The translations under genes and the position numbers were made by a program. Of a stretch of DNA of 64,000 nt, positions 12,802-25,100 are shown piece after piece (within the stretch, counting starts at the first letter, position 1; every line of letters begins with the position of its first letter). The stretch covers positions 31,354,777-31,418,776 of the forward strand of contig NC_092390.1 of the NCBI RefSeq assembly GCF_030028105.1. Direction: 5' to 3'. The notes under the pieces were generated by a model. The model was not told the origin of the DNA and searched no databases. It saw only the letters and a list, made by a program, of their open reading frames with translations. The stretch is from Mobula birostris. Taxonomy: Eukaryota.

Positions 12802-13510
12802 AAAGTACATATATGTCGCCATACACAACCCTAAGATTCATTTTCCTGTAGGTATACTCAGAAAATCTATAGAATAGTAACTATAACAGGATCAATGAAA
12901 GATCAACCAGAGTGCAGATGACAACAGACTGTGGAAATACAAATAAAAATAAATAGCAATAAATAACGAGAGCATGAGATAATGAGATAGAGTCCTTAAC
13001 GTGAGATCATTGGTTATGAGAAACATCCCAATGATGGGGTAAGTGAGTGTGGTTATCGCCTTTTGAGAGCCTGTCTGATGGTTGAGGGGTAGTAACTGTT
13101 CCTGAACCTGGTGGTGCAAGTCCTGAGGCTCTTGTACCTCCTACCTGATGGCAGCAGCTAGAAGAGAGCAACACCTCGGTGGCAGGGTCTCTGATGACGG
13201 ACTCTGCTTTCCTACGACAGTGATTCATGTAGATGTGCTCAATGATTGGGAGGGCTTTACCCATGATGTACTGGGCTGAATCCATTACTTTTTGTAGGAT
13301 TTTTCATTCAACGGCAATGGTGTTTACATTCCAGACCATGATGGGCCAGTCAATATACTCTCCACACTACATCTATAGAAGTTTTTACAAAGTTTTGGAT
13401 ATCATGCTGTATCTCCACAGACTCCTAAGAAAATAGAGGTGTTGCTCTGCCTTCTTCACAATAGCAGTTACGTGCTGGGTCCAGGACAGTTAACACCCAG
13501 GAATTTAAAG
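12802..13510 (-). mobile_element. Rex1/Babar-like LINE 3' fragment (host of the Gypsy; its tail continues at 8407-8438)
   Basis: Minus-strand ORF SAQYIMGKALPIIEHIY...CRRKAESVIRDP is typical of the Rex1 C-terminus. The sequence is contiguous across the AAAG TSD. Confidence 0.75.
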
Positions 13511-13649
13511 TGATCATGGCTGTTCATGATCATTCAATATGATCAAGGCTGATTTGCCCCAGAGACCAATCTCTTCTTCTGTCTCTGTTCAACCCTCAGG
13601 GGAGAGGATTTCAGAGATTCACAGTCATATGGGAGAAGATGTCCCAACA

Positions 13650-14033
13650 TAGGAGGGACTTGATAGAGGTATTTAAAATTATGAGGGGGATAGACAGAGT
13701 TGACGTGGATAGGCTTTTTCCATTGAGAGTGGGGAAGGTTCAAACAAGAGGACATGAGTTGAAAGTTAAAGGGCAAAAGTTTAGGGGTAACATGAGGGGG
13801 AAATTCTTTACTCAGAGAGTGGTAGCTGTGTGGAACGAGCCTCCAGCAGAAGTGGTTGAGGCAGGTTTGATGTTGTCGCTTAAAGTTAAATTGGAGAGCT
13901 ATATGGACAGGAAAGGAATGGAGGGTTATGGGATGAGTGCAGGTCAGTGGGACTAGGTGAGAGTAAGAGTTCAGCATGGACTAGAAGGGCCGAGATGGCC
14001 TGTTTCCACGCTGTAATTGTTATATGGTTATAT
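13650..14033 (+). mobile_element. CR1 LINE 3' end
   Basis: RDLIEVFKIMRGIDRVD...TRGHELK...FFTQRVVAVWN is the CR1 ORF2 C-terminus; short tandem tail. Confidence 0.88.
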
Positions 14034-14229
14034 AGCTCACATCCAAAAGAATGTCTGTATAGCTTGCAACTATGTCACCTCATTTGTGATTCCCCCATTT
14101 ATGACATACTCTGTCTGAATCATATTTGTTAAAACAAGGGCGCCCCTCATCCTTCTAACTTTGAAAGAATTGAGGCCTATTTTATTCAGCTTCTCATGAT
14201 AGGATGACACCCTCATTTCAGGAAGAGCA

Positions 14230-14690
14230 CTGTGCATCTCTTTTGGATGCTTCTAGTGGATTGTAGACCACCCAAAAGGAACATGAGATATTGTTCTTCC
14301 AATTGCTTTTGGCATCTCTGTAGTAATGGAGTGGGCTTTGGGAGTGACAAGGAGATTTAACATGACATCCAACTGGAAGCTCAACATGGCCATTTCATGG
14401 CCATTGCAAACGATCCACAAAACACCTGGTTTCTCTATTGCAGCATCAGGTACACAGAATGCAGTATCCAAATTAAAAGTGCAGGTGAACATCTGCTTCA
14501 CTTGGAAAGGCTATTTCAGCCTCTAAATCGTGTGAGGGAGGAAGTGAAAGATCAGATATTGCATCTCCTACCACTGTAGGGGAAAGTACCAGGGAATAGG
14601 AGGGTTGGGTAGGGAGAAAGAAATGGACCAGACAAACCAAAGAGTGTAGTTCTTAGGGAAAGCAGAAAGGTGGAGAGAGATAAAGTCTCT
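14230..14690 (-). mobile_element. Degenerate Penelope-like GIY-YIG region
   Basis: MKQMFTC... and the nucleotide sequence resemble 39270-39700. Confidence 0.5.
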
Positions 14691-15284
14691 TTTGTTTTTA
14701 CCTACTCACACTGCCAATCCATCCTCTATGTAATAATCAGTGTTAGGTCCATGGTAACACACCTCACCCAATGCCATGAACTCTTGCCTTGTGCACCAAA
14801 CATTTTTGTGTCCCCCTGTAAAATGCCTTCTGAAAATCCAAGTACCTTCTGGAAATCCAAGTATACTATACTTAAAGGTTTCCCTCTTTGTTAATCCTCA
14901 AAGAATTCTACAAATTTGTCATACACGCTTTAACTTTTATAAAGCCGTGTTGTCTCAGTTTAATTGAATGATCTTCTCTAAGTTTATCAAACCAGGAACA
15001 TACTGGTGCAATTCTACAATGCCATCGTAGGGAGCATCCTGACATCAGCCATTACTGTCGGATTTGGTGCAGCATCCTCTCATAATATATGAAAACTACA
15101 GAGAACTGTCATTCAGCTGAAAATGTTGTTGGCTGCAGTCTACCATCACTGTATGTGTTCGGGACAAAGAAACAGGCAGGAAATATTGCAGACACCAACC
15201 AGCCAGCAAAATGCCTTTCGTAACAGTTCTCTTTGGAAAGCGCTATAGGACGATTTAAACAAAAATGACTCACCTTCTTAACCA

Positions 15285-16125
15285 ACACACACAAAATGCT
15301 GGAGGAACTCAGCAGGTCAGGCAGCATTTATAGAAATGAATAAACAGTGAGCCTTTCAGGCTGAGACCCTTCATCAGGACTGGATCGGGGAATAAAACCA
15401 GATTAGGAAGGTGGGGGGGAGGGGGGAATGAAGTAAGGAGCTGGGAGGTGATAGGTGAAAAATGTAGAGGGCTGGAGAAAAAGGAATTTAATAAGAAAGG
15501 AGAAAGGGAAGGAGGAGGGGCACCACGGGGAGAAGATAGGTAGGTGAGGAGAAGAGAAGATGTAAGAGAAGAGCCAGAGTGGGGAATTGAAGAAGAGGGT
15601 AGGGGGAAGGGCAAGATTACCTGAAGTTGGAGAAATCGATACTCATGCCATCAGGTTGAAAGCCACCCAGACAGAATATGAAGTGTTGCTCCTCCAACCT
15701 GAGAGTAGATTCTTCATGGCAGTAGAAGAGGCCATGGACCGTATATGTCAGAATGGGAATGGGGATTAGAATTTAAGTGGCTGGCCACCAGGAATTCCTT
15801 CTTTTTGCAGATGGAGCAAAGGTGCTCGACAAAGCGCCCCCCCCCCCATCAACTTTACGTCTCACTAAGGTAGAGGAGGACACATTGGGAGCACTGGCAC
15901 TGGACACAGTAGAAGACCCAAAAGATTGACGGGTGAAGTGTTGCCTCACTTGGAAGAATTGTTTGGAACCCTGAATGGAGGTGAAGGAGGAAGTAAATGG
16001 GCAGTCGTAGCACTTCTTCCATTTGCAGGGATTAGAGCCAGGACAGGGATTAGTGGGGAGGGATAAATGAAGAAGAGGATCACAAAGGGAGCAATCCCTG
16101 CAGAAAGGCGAGAGTCAGGTGAGGT
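15285..16125 (-). mobile_element. Penelope-like element 3' part (GIY-YIG remnant plus terminus with degenerate hammerhead), inserted in a Rex1 fragment
   Basis: Similar to 38845-39760. The minus strand reads cagtcctgatgaagggtctcagcctgaaagg at ~15352-15383. Confidence 0.75.
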
Positions 16126-16954
16126 AATCTACAACGTTTCTTCCCAGAGGCGATTAACCTGACCAACCATTCCACTTAGCTATTCCCACTCCCTCAGTCA
16201 CTGCACTGCACTGTAAACACTTTAACCACCCTTTATAACACTGTTTACAAAATAAATACATGATGGTATTTATATATTTATGCAGATTTTATTTTTTATC
16301 CATACTTTAACCTCTAAGTTTACTTTTAATACAATTCCTTATTCTTATAATTGTTGAATGTTGCTTTTTTTGTTGCTTGTTGCATCAACGCACCACAGCA
16401 AATTCCTAATACATGTAAATGCAGAAGGTGAATAAAGTTGATCCTTGATCTTTTATGACCAGCTGTTTCTTCCTTGATTATACATGCTAGCATTTTGCCA
16501 ACCCCAGATTTTAGGCCAACAAGCTGATAGTTTTAGTCTGTCTACCCACTTAAACAATGGAGTTACATTTATTGTTTTCCAATCCATTGGTCCTTTACTG
16601 AAATCAGTGAGGTTTGCAAAAGTTCAAGCAATGAGTCCACTATCTCTGCAGCTTCTTTTGTTAAAAGCCTCAGATGCAAGTTATCAGGAACTAGCATACT
16701 GTTTGCTTTTAGCTTCAAAGTTTTTCTGTTACTCTGTCCTTCATGACAGTGATTGCTCCAAGTGCATTCATGTTCTTTGAAAGTTTTGAGGGATAATGAA
16801 TGATCACACTCTGCAGGATGAGTTGTGATTAAACATCTCTCTCACTGACTGTTTGTAACCTCGTACTGTATCTCTGAATAAAGTGAATCAACCATTATTA
16901 GTTTTTTATCTTTAATTGCACTTCATAGACCAATGGCAGCCTAGGTTTGCTGTG

Positions 16955-19610
16955 GAGTCATAGAGTCATGGAAAAGTACAGCACAGAAACAGGCCCTTTG
17001 GCCCATCTAGTCCATGCTGAACCATTTAAACTGCCTACTCCCATCAACCTGCACCAGCACCATTGACCCTCAATTCTCCTACCAGCTTTGGTTTACGAAT
17101 GCCAATGTGCCAAAAGCTTTCTTTACAACTCCTACCATCTAAACTTCTCTTAAGCATTCAAATTGAGCTTGCATGCATCACTTGTGCAAACAACTCATTC
17201 CACACTCCCTCAACCTGCTGAGTGAAGAAGTTTTCCTTCAAGTTCCCCTTAAACTTTTTAACTTTCACCCTTAACACATGATCTCTAGTTGAAGTCCCAC
17301 CCAACCTTGGTGGAAAAAGCCTGCTTGCATTTACCCTGTCTGTGCCCCTCATAACATTGTACACTTCTATCAAATCTCCCCTCAATCTTCTTCATTTCAA
17401 GGAATAGAGTCCTGACTTATTTAATCTTTCCTTATAACTCAGGTTCTCCAGTCACAGCAAAATCCTTATAAATTTTCTCTGTATCTTTCAATGTTATTTA
17501 CATCTTTCCTGCAGGCAAGTGACCAAAACTGCACACAATACTCCAAATTAGACCACGTCAGTGTCTTACACAACTTCAACATAACATCCGATCTCCTCTA
17601 CTCAATACTTTGATCTTGAAGGCCATTGTGCCAAAAGCTTTCTTTACAACTCTATCTGTGACACCACTTTCAATGAATTATGGACCTATATTCCAAGATC
17701 TCCTTGTTCTACGGTACCCATCAGTGACCTGCCATTCACTGTGTTAGGTGTATCCTGGTTGGTCCCACCAAAGTGCAACACCTCACATTCTGCATTAAAT
17801 TTCATCTGCCATTTTTCAGCCCCTTTTTCCAGCTGGTCCAGATCCTGCTGCAAGCTCTAATAGTCTTCCTCGCTGTCCACTATACCCCCAATCTTGGTCT
17901 CATCCTCAAATTTGCTGATCTAGTTCACCACATTATCACCAAGATCATTAACATTGATGACAAACAACAACAGACCCAGCACTGATCACAGGCCTCCAGT
18001 CGGAGAGGCAACCATCCACCACCACTATCTGGCTTCTCCCACAAAGCCAATATCTAATCCTGTCTGCTACGTTATCTTGAATGCTGAGCAACTGAACCTT
18101 CTTGACCAACCTCTCATGTGGGACCTTGTTAAATGCCTTGCTAAAATCCATGTAGACAACATCCACTGCCTTGCCTTCATCAATTTTGCTGGTAACTTCC
18201 TCAAAAATTCTATAATATTGCCTCAACATGACCTACAATGCAGGAAGCCATGCTGACTATCCCTAATCAGTCCATGTTTATCCAAATACTCATATTTCCG
18301 ATCTCTTAATATACTTTCCAATAACTTAACCACTATTGATGTCAGACTCACTGGCCTATAATTTCCTGGTTTATTTTTAGAGCCTTTCTTAAACAGTGGA
18401 ATAACATTAGTTATCCTCCAATCCTATGATGCCTCACCTATCACTAAGAATAATTTAAGTATGGCTGCCAGGGCCCCTGAAATTTCTGTATTTGCCTTCC
18501 ACAGGATCCAAGGGAACACCCTGTCAGGCCCTGGGAATTTATCCACCCTAATTTGCCTCAAGTCAGCAAACACCTCCCTCTCTGTAATCTGTACACAGTC
18601 CATGAAGTCAATGCTGCTTTGCCTCACTTCTATAGACTCCATTTCCATCTCCTGAGTAAGGACAGACGCAAAAAATTCATTTAAGATCTTTCCATCTCTT
18701 TTGTCTCCACACATGGATTACCATTCTGACCCACCAGAGGACCAGTTTTGTCCCTTTTGTTCTTAACATATCTGTAGAATCCTTAGGATTCCCCTTCACC
18801 TTGTCTGCTAAGGCAATATCATGTCTTCTTTTAGTCCACCTGATTTCTTTCTTAAGTGATTTCTTTCTTAAGCATTTCTTACACTCCTCAAGTACCTCAT
18901 TTGTTCCTATCTGCTTATACCTGCTATGTATCTCCTTTTTGTTTCTTAACCAGGGCCTCAATATCTGTTGAAAACCTAGGTTCCCTAAACCTGTTTATAA
19001 TTTGTCTTTTATTCTGACAGGCACACACAAGCTTTGTACTCTTAAAATTTCACTTTATAAGACCTCTTGTTTACCAAGTACATCTTTGCCAGAAAACTGC
19101 CTGTCCCAATCCACACTTCCAGATCCTTTCTGATACCATCAAGATTGGCCATTCTCCAATTTAGAATCTCAACCCGCAGAGCTGAGCTATCTTTTCCCAT
19201 ATTTACTTTAAAACTAATAGCATTATGGTCACTAGATGCAAACTATTCCCCTACACAAACTGCCGTCACATTCCCTAATGGAAGATCAAGTCTTACACAC
19301 ACTATCATTGGGACTTCTGCATACAAATTATGGAAACTTTCCTAAACACCTATGACAAACTATATCCCATCTAGTCCTTTTACAGTATGGGAGTCCCAGT
19401 CAACATGTGGAAAGTTAAGATTGCCTACTATAACAACCTTATGTTTCTTGCAACAGTCTGCTAACTCTTAACAAATTTGTTATTCTAAATCCTGTTGGGT
19501 GGTCTGTACTATAGCCCCATTAACATGGTCATACCTTTCTTATTCCTCAGTTCCACCCATAAAGCCTCACTAGACAAGTTCTCCAGTTTATCCTGACTGA
19601 GCATTGCTGA
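16955..19610 (-). mobile_element. CR1/HER1-like LINE, ~2.6 kb, decayed
   Basis: ORF pieces DEGKAVDVVYMDFSKAFNKVPH, LNEFFASV, KFPGPD and RGDLIEVYNVMRG. Confidence 0.9.
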
Positions 19611-20619
19611 CTGTTCAGCAAGAATTGAATCAAAATACTGTATTTGAAAACAAATCCACAATTCTTTTTGTAATGGTGTAGCATTAATGAGTTAATGACT
19701 GCTTACAGTGTTTAACATGCATGATCAACATAATTTATGATGAAGCTGATCACACACATTAGCCATAATTAATTCGAGGTCATTTTTAGTTTTGAATGGG
19801 TGGATTTTTTCACTAAGGCATGACACCATCTCATCATTGCACAGTGGAAGTACAAACCAAAATACAGTGTATCCTGGAAGCTGAAAATAGAGACAGAAAT
19901 GCTAGTTTAAAATCCAGCAGTTTATATAATATCTGCCCAAAGAGGAACAAAATAAGTTTTTTTTAAGGAAACGATTGATGGGATCTCATCATTTTGAAAT
20001 AATCTCTCCACATACACCACCTGACAAGTTGGGATTTTCCAGCCCTCTCCATTTTTGTATGAGGAAGGGAAATTTCTAATTAACCAGGATGCTATGAAAG
20101 AAGCAGTAGTACAAGGAGTTAAGTATGAAGCATTATTCTATTTTCGACCTATGACATTAATTCCACCAACCCCTTTGCAGCCACAATTTAAAACATATAA
20201 TCTCAAAAGATAATTACAAGCAATATTTGGAACGTGTCTTGTCCTACCCAATAAAGTACCTTGTCATATGATTCTGGAAAACCTGGAATTGCATCGGAGT
20301 GTTTCCTGTTCCACCCACATCCCACCTCCTATCATTAATTTGCTTGTTTACACCTCAAAGGAGTTACAGAAGCTTTTTTTTCCCAGCCAGCTGGTTATTT
20401 CAAGAGATGCACCTGCTTGAAGATATTCCACGGATGGACCTGTAAAAGTATTTGGCAGACCAGGTGGATTTTAAGAGAGCAAATTATTCTATATAATTGG
20501 TTCAACTATACCAGTTTACATTGAAAAATATTTTTTTAATGTATTAAAAAAGTGAAAAACCATCTCCAGAGTGAAGGAAGAATGGTTGTTGAGGAAGTAC
20601 AGTGACAACAAGAGGCAGA

Positions 20620-21330
20620 CAGAAGTGTAAAAGCTGTCTCCTTGGCTAAGCAGGGGCAATGGGTGTGGTGGGAAATCACTGAGAGGAGGAAAATCAGCCG
20701 GAAGGATACATGGGAGATGGAAGCAAGCAGACTTAGTTTTCTCTTCAGAGCTGCAGATGATGTGCTTCCCTCACAAAAAAAAACTCCACCAGTGGTTCGG
20801 TGAGGACCCAAAGTGCCCTGTGCCTGATTCCAGCAAGCCCAAGCATATCCTGGCAAGCTGCAAAACCAGCCTCACACGAGGCAGATACATGTAGCGTCAC
20901 AACCAGGTCTTGAAGAGTCTGGCAGCAGCAATCGAGACCAAGAGAATAGCAACTAACTCAGTGCTCCCTAGAACGACTAACGCTCTAACACCAGCAGCAT
21001 TTGTCTGGGAAGGAGGGGAAATCTCCCTCCTAAGCCTGAAACAGGACAGATAAACATGGCCTGCGACTGGAAAACGCTGGTCGATGTCAATAAACAACTC
21101 GCCTTTCCACCGGAAATTGCTACCATCAGCCTGAGGCCAGACTTGGTTCCCTGGTCCAATTCATTACAGAGTGTCTACACTGAGGAACTCACAGTCCCGT
21201 GGGAGGGTTCAGCAGCTGAAGCAAATGAGTGCAAGCAGCTGAAACTCGGCGAGGGGGCTGGAAAACCAAAGTTTGTCCTGTGGAAGTGGGTTGTAGGGAA
21301 TTCATAACCACATCTACCATCGAATTGTTG
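20620..21330 (+). mobile_element. R2-superfamily (HERO-like) non-LTR retrotransposon fragment: CCHC plus restriction-like endonuclease
   Basis: Translated pieces KHILASCK, RHNQVLKSLA, LRPDLVPWS, EELTVPWE and VCPVEVGCREF. Confidence 0.75.
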
Positions 21331-22674
21331 TTAGTGAGTTGTTTGTTCTGTCTCTGCTCTCGCTGTGAAACAGAAACACCTCTTTTTCCCTTATTAGGGA
21401 GAGAGAGAACCTGTGGTATGTCACATTACCGGGTGAACAAGTAGTTTTTGGGGTACTGCAAATCTGTGTCTTTACTGATGCTTGCTGCACACTTGAATGC
21501 TCGGTGGGGGGGAGGGCGCTGATGCTTTTTTACTGGAGGGAGGAGTCGTTGCCTTGCTGCTGCCTGTGCATGGGAGGGGGGAGCTGGGGGGAGACTTTGG
21601 GGTTCTAATGGTTAAATGTCATTCATTCTTTGGATCACTCCTCTGATTTCGTGGATGTTTACGAAGAAGAAAAATGCGCCACACTGTTCCAGAATCTAGT
21701 GATTCTTTAAAGATCATTACAAATGCCTCTATAATCTCAGCTATGTCTTTCAGACGTCTAAGAGGACCACAATCTCATCGTGGTTTGGAGGCTTGTGTGC
21801 CTCAATGTCCCACGAGCTATAGGGCTGGAGTCAGGGCTTTATGCTTTGTATTTTGGTCGGGTCACCCATGTCAAAAACTGGAGGACAGACTAAGAGTGAT
21901 CCATCAGTCCTCCAGTTTGGTGGGGTGGGGTGGTGGGGGGCGGGGAGGTCAGCTCAGAGCTAAGGACACTGAACTGGTAAAGCAACATCATTACGGAAAC
22001 AGCAATGAAGAATCCTTCTACATCTGAGTGCGCTGGTATTCCTGAGTCTCCACCCAGGACTCGTATGACTGGCAGTAGTGAAAACCTAGAGGAAGTTACT
22101 GACACGATGAACGCCACCAGAGATGGAGGACCTTCATTTCTGCCCTAAACTCCAGCGGTGTAACAGGCAGTAAGTACCTCTTTCAGAACCGTCGGGTGTA
22201 GTCGAACCGGTCTGGGTGACTTATCTACCTTCCAACCTTTCATCTCCCCAAGTACCTTTACCCTAGTCATAGCAACTGCACTCACTTCTGCCCCTAGACA
22301 CTCTTGAATTTCCAGCATACTGCTGGTGTCTTCCACAGTGAAGACTGAAGTGAAACAACAAACTGCTAGAGGAATTCAGTGGGTCAGGCAGCATCTGTGG
22401 TGGCAAAGGAATAGTGATGAATCAAATCAATGCCCTGTATTAGGAGTTCACCACACGTTTGTTAGTGCCAGTCAGGATCAGAAATAGCAATGATGCTGCA
22501 GTGAAGTGTATTTTCCAATTACCAACCTCAGGTCTCTATTAGCTGGGGTCTTTATGGCTGGAAGTGAAAGTATGTTAATAATATCTCTCCTACTCTCTCC
22601 ATTAATAACCTTAACCCCACATTTAGCCATTCAACCTGGGTTTAAACACATATAACAGTACATTTCTTTATAAT

Positions 22675-24010
22675 CAGACTAGTAGCAGTATTAGGCCATT
22701 TGGCCCGTCGAGTCTGTTCGCCATTTCATTATGGCTGATCCATTTCCCTCTCAACCCCAATCTCTGTCTTCTCTCAGTAATCCAAGTATCCGGACCTGCC
22801 TCTCAGTTTGTTTTTGCACTACCTTACTTCCCATTCTTCTATTTTCTATTTATGATTTATAATTTAAATTTTTAACATTTACTATTTTTAACTATTCTTA
22901 ATATTTTTAATATTTAATATTTGTAATCCAGGGAGTGTGAAGCACAGAATCAAATATCTCTGTGATGATTGTACGTTCTAGTACCAATTGTTTGGCGACA
23001 ATAAAGTATAAAGTATAAAGTATAATCCTTCATGTCCTGACTAATCAAGAATATACCAAACTCTGACTTAAGTATACCCAATGACTTGGCCTCCACAGCC
23101 ACCTGTGGTAATGAATTCCACAGATTCACCACTCTCTGAATAAAGAAATTCCTCCTCGTCTCCATTCTAAATTGACATTCCCCTATTCTGAGGCTGTGCC
23201 CTCCAGTCCTAGACTCCCCCACTATATGAAACATCCTCTCCATATTCACTCTATCTAGTCTTTCAATGAGATTTCCACCACTCACCCACACTCATTCTTC
23301 TGAATTCTTTTTTTTTGTCATTTATTTTTTATTGAATTTCATCATCTAACAAGCATTTCCATAAGATGTATTTCAGATACTGTACATATATATCATGTAA
23401 TCATATTTGTCACAAATCTCTACATAATATTTATCTGAGGTATACATTTATAGGAAGGAGGGGAAAGAAAGAACAATCGAAAGAAGAAAGCTATGTACAT
23501 AGTAGGGAGTGATCTTTTTTTTACAACATATTCACTGACTTGTGAGAATAAAATCAGGCCTATGAGGTGTTATGTAGTTAAATCATTTTTTCCAGTATGA
23601 ATAAAATTGTTCCAACTTATGATTAACAGATGCTGTTATCTTCTCCATTTTGTAAATGTCCATTGTAATTTCCATCCATACATTTAAAGTTGGGCTCTCC
23701 TATGATATCTATTTACTGGTAAGGATCTTTTTACCAGCCACCAGCAGTACATTCATTAAATATTTATCTCTTTTCAACCATTCTTGAGGTATATATCCAA
23801 AATATATGGTTATTCTTCTGAATTCTAATGAGTACAATCGGTCCTCATCTGTAAACCCTTCCATTCAGGAAACATTCTCATGATCCTCCTCTGAACCCTC
23901 TCCAATATTAACACATCCTTTCTGAGATAAGGTGCCCAAAACAGCTGACAATACTCTAAATGAGGCCTCATAAAGCCTCAGCATTACATCCTTCCTCTTC
24001 TGTTCTAGTT
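22675..24010 (-). mobile_element. CR1 LINE 3' fragment with two nested insertions
   Basis: RRNFFIQRVVNLWNSLP and RKDVMLRLYEA; interrupted at ~22785-23020 and 23309-23811. Confidence 0.8.
23309..23811 (-). mobile_element. L1/Tx1-like 3' fragment with poly(A) tail
   Basis: Poly(T) on the + strand; 15-bp TSD attcttctgaattct at 23294-23308 and 23812-23826; minus-strand remnant IYFGYIPQEWLKRDKYLMN. Confidence 0.8.
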
Positions 24011-24819
24011 CTCTCAGCTTGGATACTTGCTGAGCTCTTAGTGTTTTGCATTCAGTGCTCATGAATGGTCTCCGCTACATTGAAGAAACCACAAACAGAT
24101 TAGGTTTACAGTCTGCAAAATGTTTCCATTCAGTCATAAAGATGACCTTGAACTTCCAGTCACATGCCTCTTTAATTCTCTGTTTCACTCCAATTCCGTC
24201 CTCTCGGTCTTTAATTTCCTCCACTGTTCCAATGAAACCCAACATGAGTTCCAAGAATAGCACGTCATCAACCATTTGGGCTCATAACATCTATTAAGAC
24301 TCAATTCAACAATTTCAGATAACCAGCCTTTCATGTTTCTTTAATAACTGGGCAGTTGTGAGCTACCCAAAACACTAACTCAGCTTTTCTCTTTCCAACA
24401 TGTTTTAGTTCAGATTTCCAGCAGCCACTGCATTCTGCATCTCATTACCCCAACATATTTTTTTCAACGATTCCCATCGCCCTCCTTTATTTACACTCAA
24501 ACAGGCAGATCAGCTATGACTAACAAGCACTCATTTCTCTTTCTTAGGTGCCACTGAGAACAATTGTTTCAACTGGACAACTTTGGTCTCTATCCCACCG
24601 CATTCCCTTTTTCTAAGAAGCAGGATACAAGAAGATCACCAAAAATCTTTATCACCAGAGATCCCCACCACCCGGGCCATGTCACCTTTTCACAGCTTCC
24701 ATTGTGCAGGAAGTGCATAAGCCCCAAGTCCCATACCAACAGGTTTATGAATAGCCATTTTCCTTCAACCATTCAGTTCTTGGACCAACAGCACAAGGGC
24801 GCCACTCTAGCATTGCGGT

Positions 24820-25100
24820 TAGAGCAACACTCTTACAGCTTGGGGTGTTCCAAAGATCATAGGTCAATTGTGATGACATTCTGTAAGGAGCCTCTATACA
24901 TCCTCCTTGAGGAATGCGTGGGTTTTCTCCGGGTCCTCCAGCTTCCTCCCACAGGCCAAATCATACCAGGTTGGTTGATTGGGCATTGTAAATTGTTCTG
25001 TGATTAGGTCAGGGTAAATTGGGTTTGTTGGGACCTGCTGGAGCAGTGTGCCACAAGGACCAGAAGGGCTTACTCCACACTGTATTGCTAAATAAATAAT
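24820..25100 (+). mobile_element. HE1/V-SINE-like SINE within a Rex1 fragment
   Basis: Core gtgggttttctccgggtcctccagcttcctccc and a (taaa)n tail. Confidence 0.6.
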
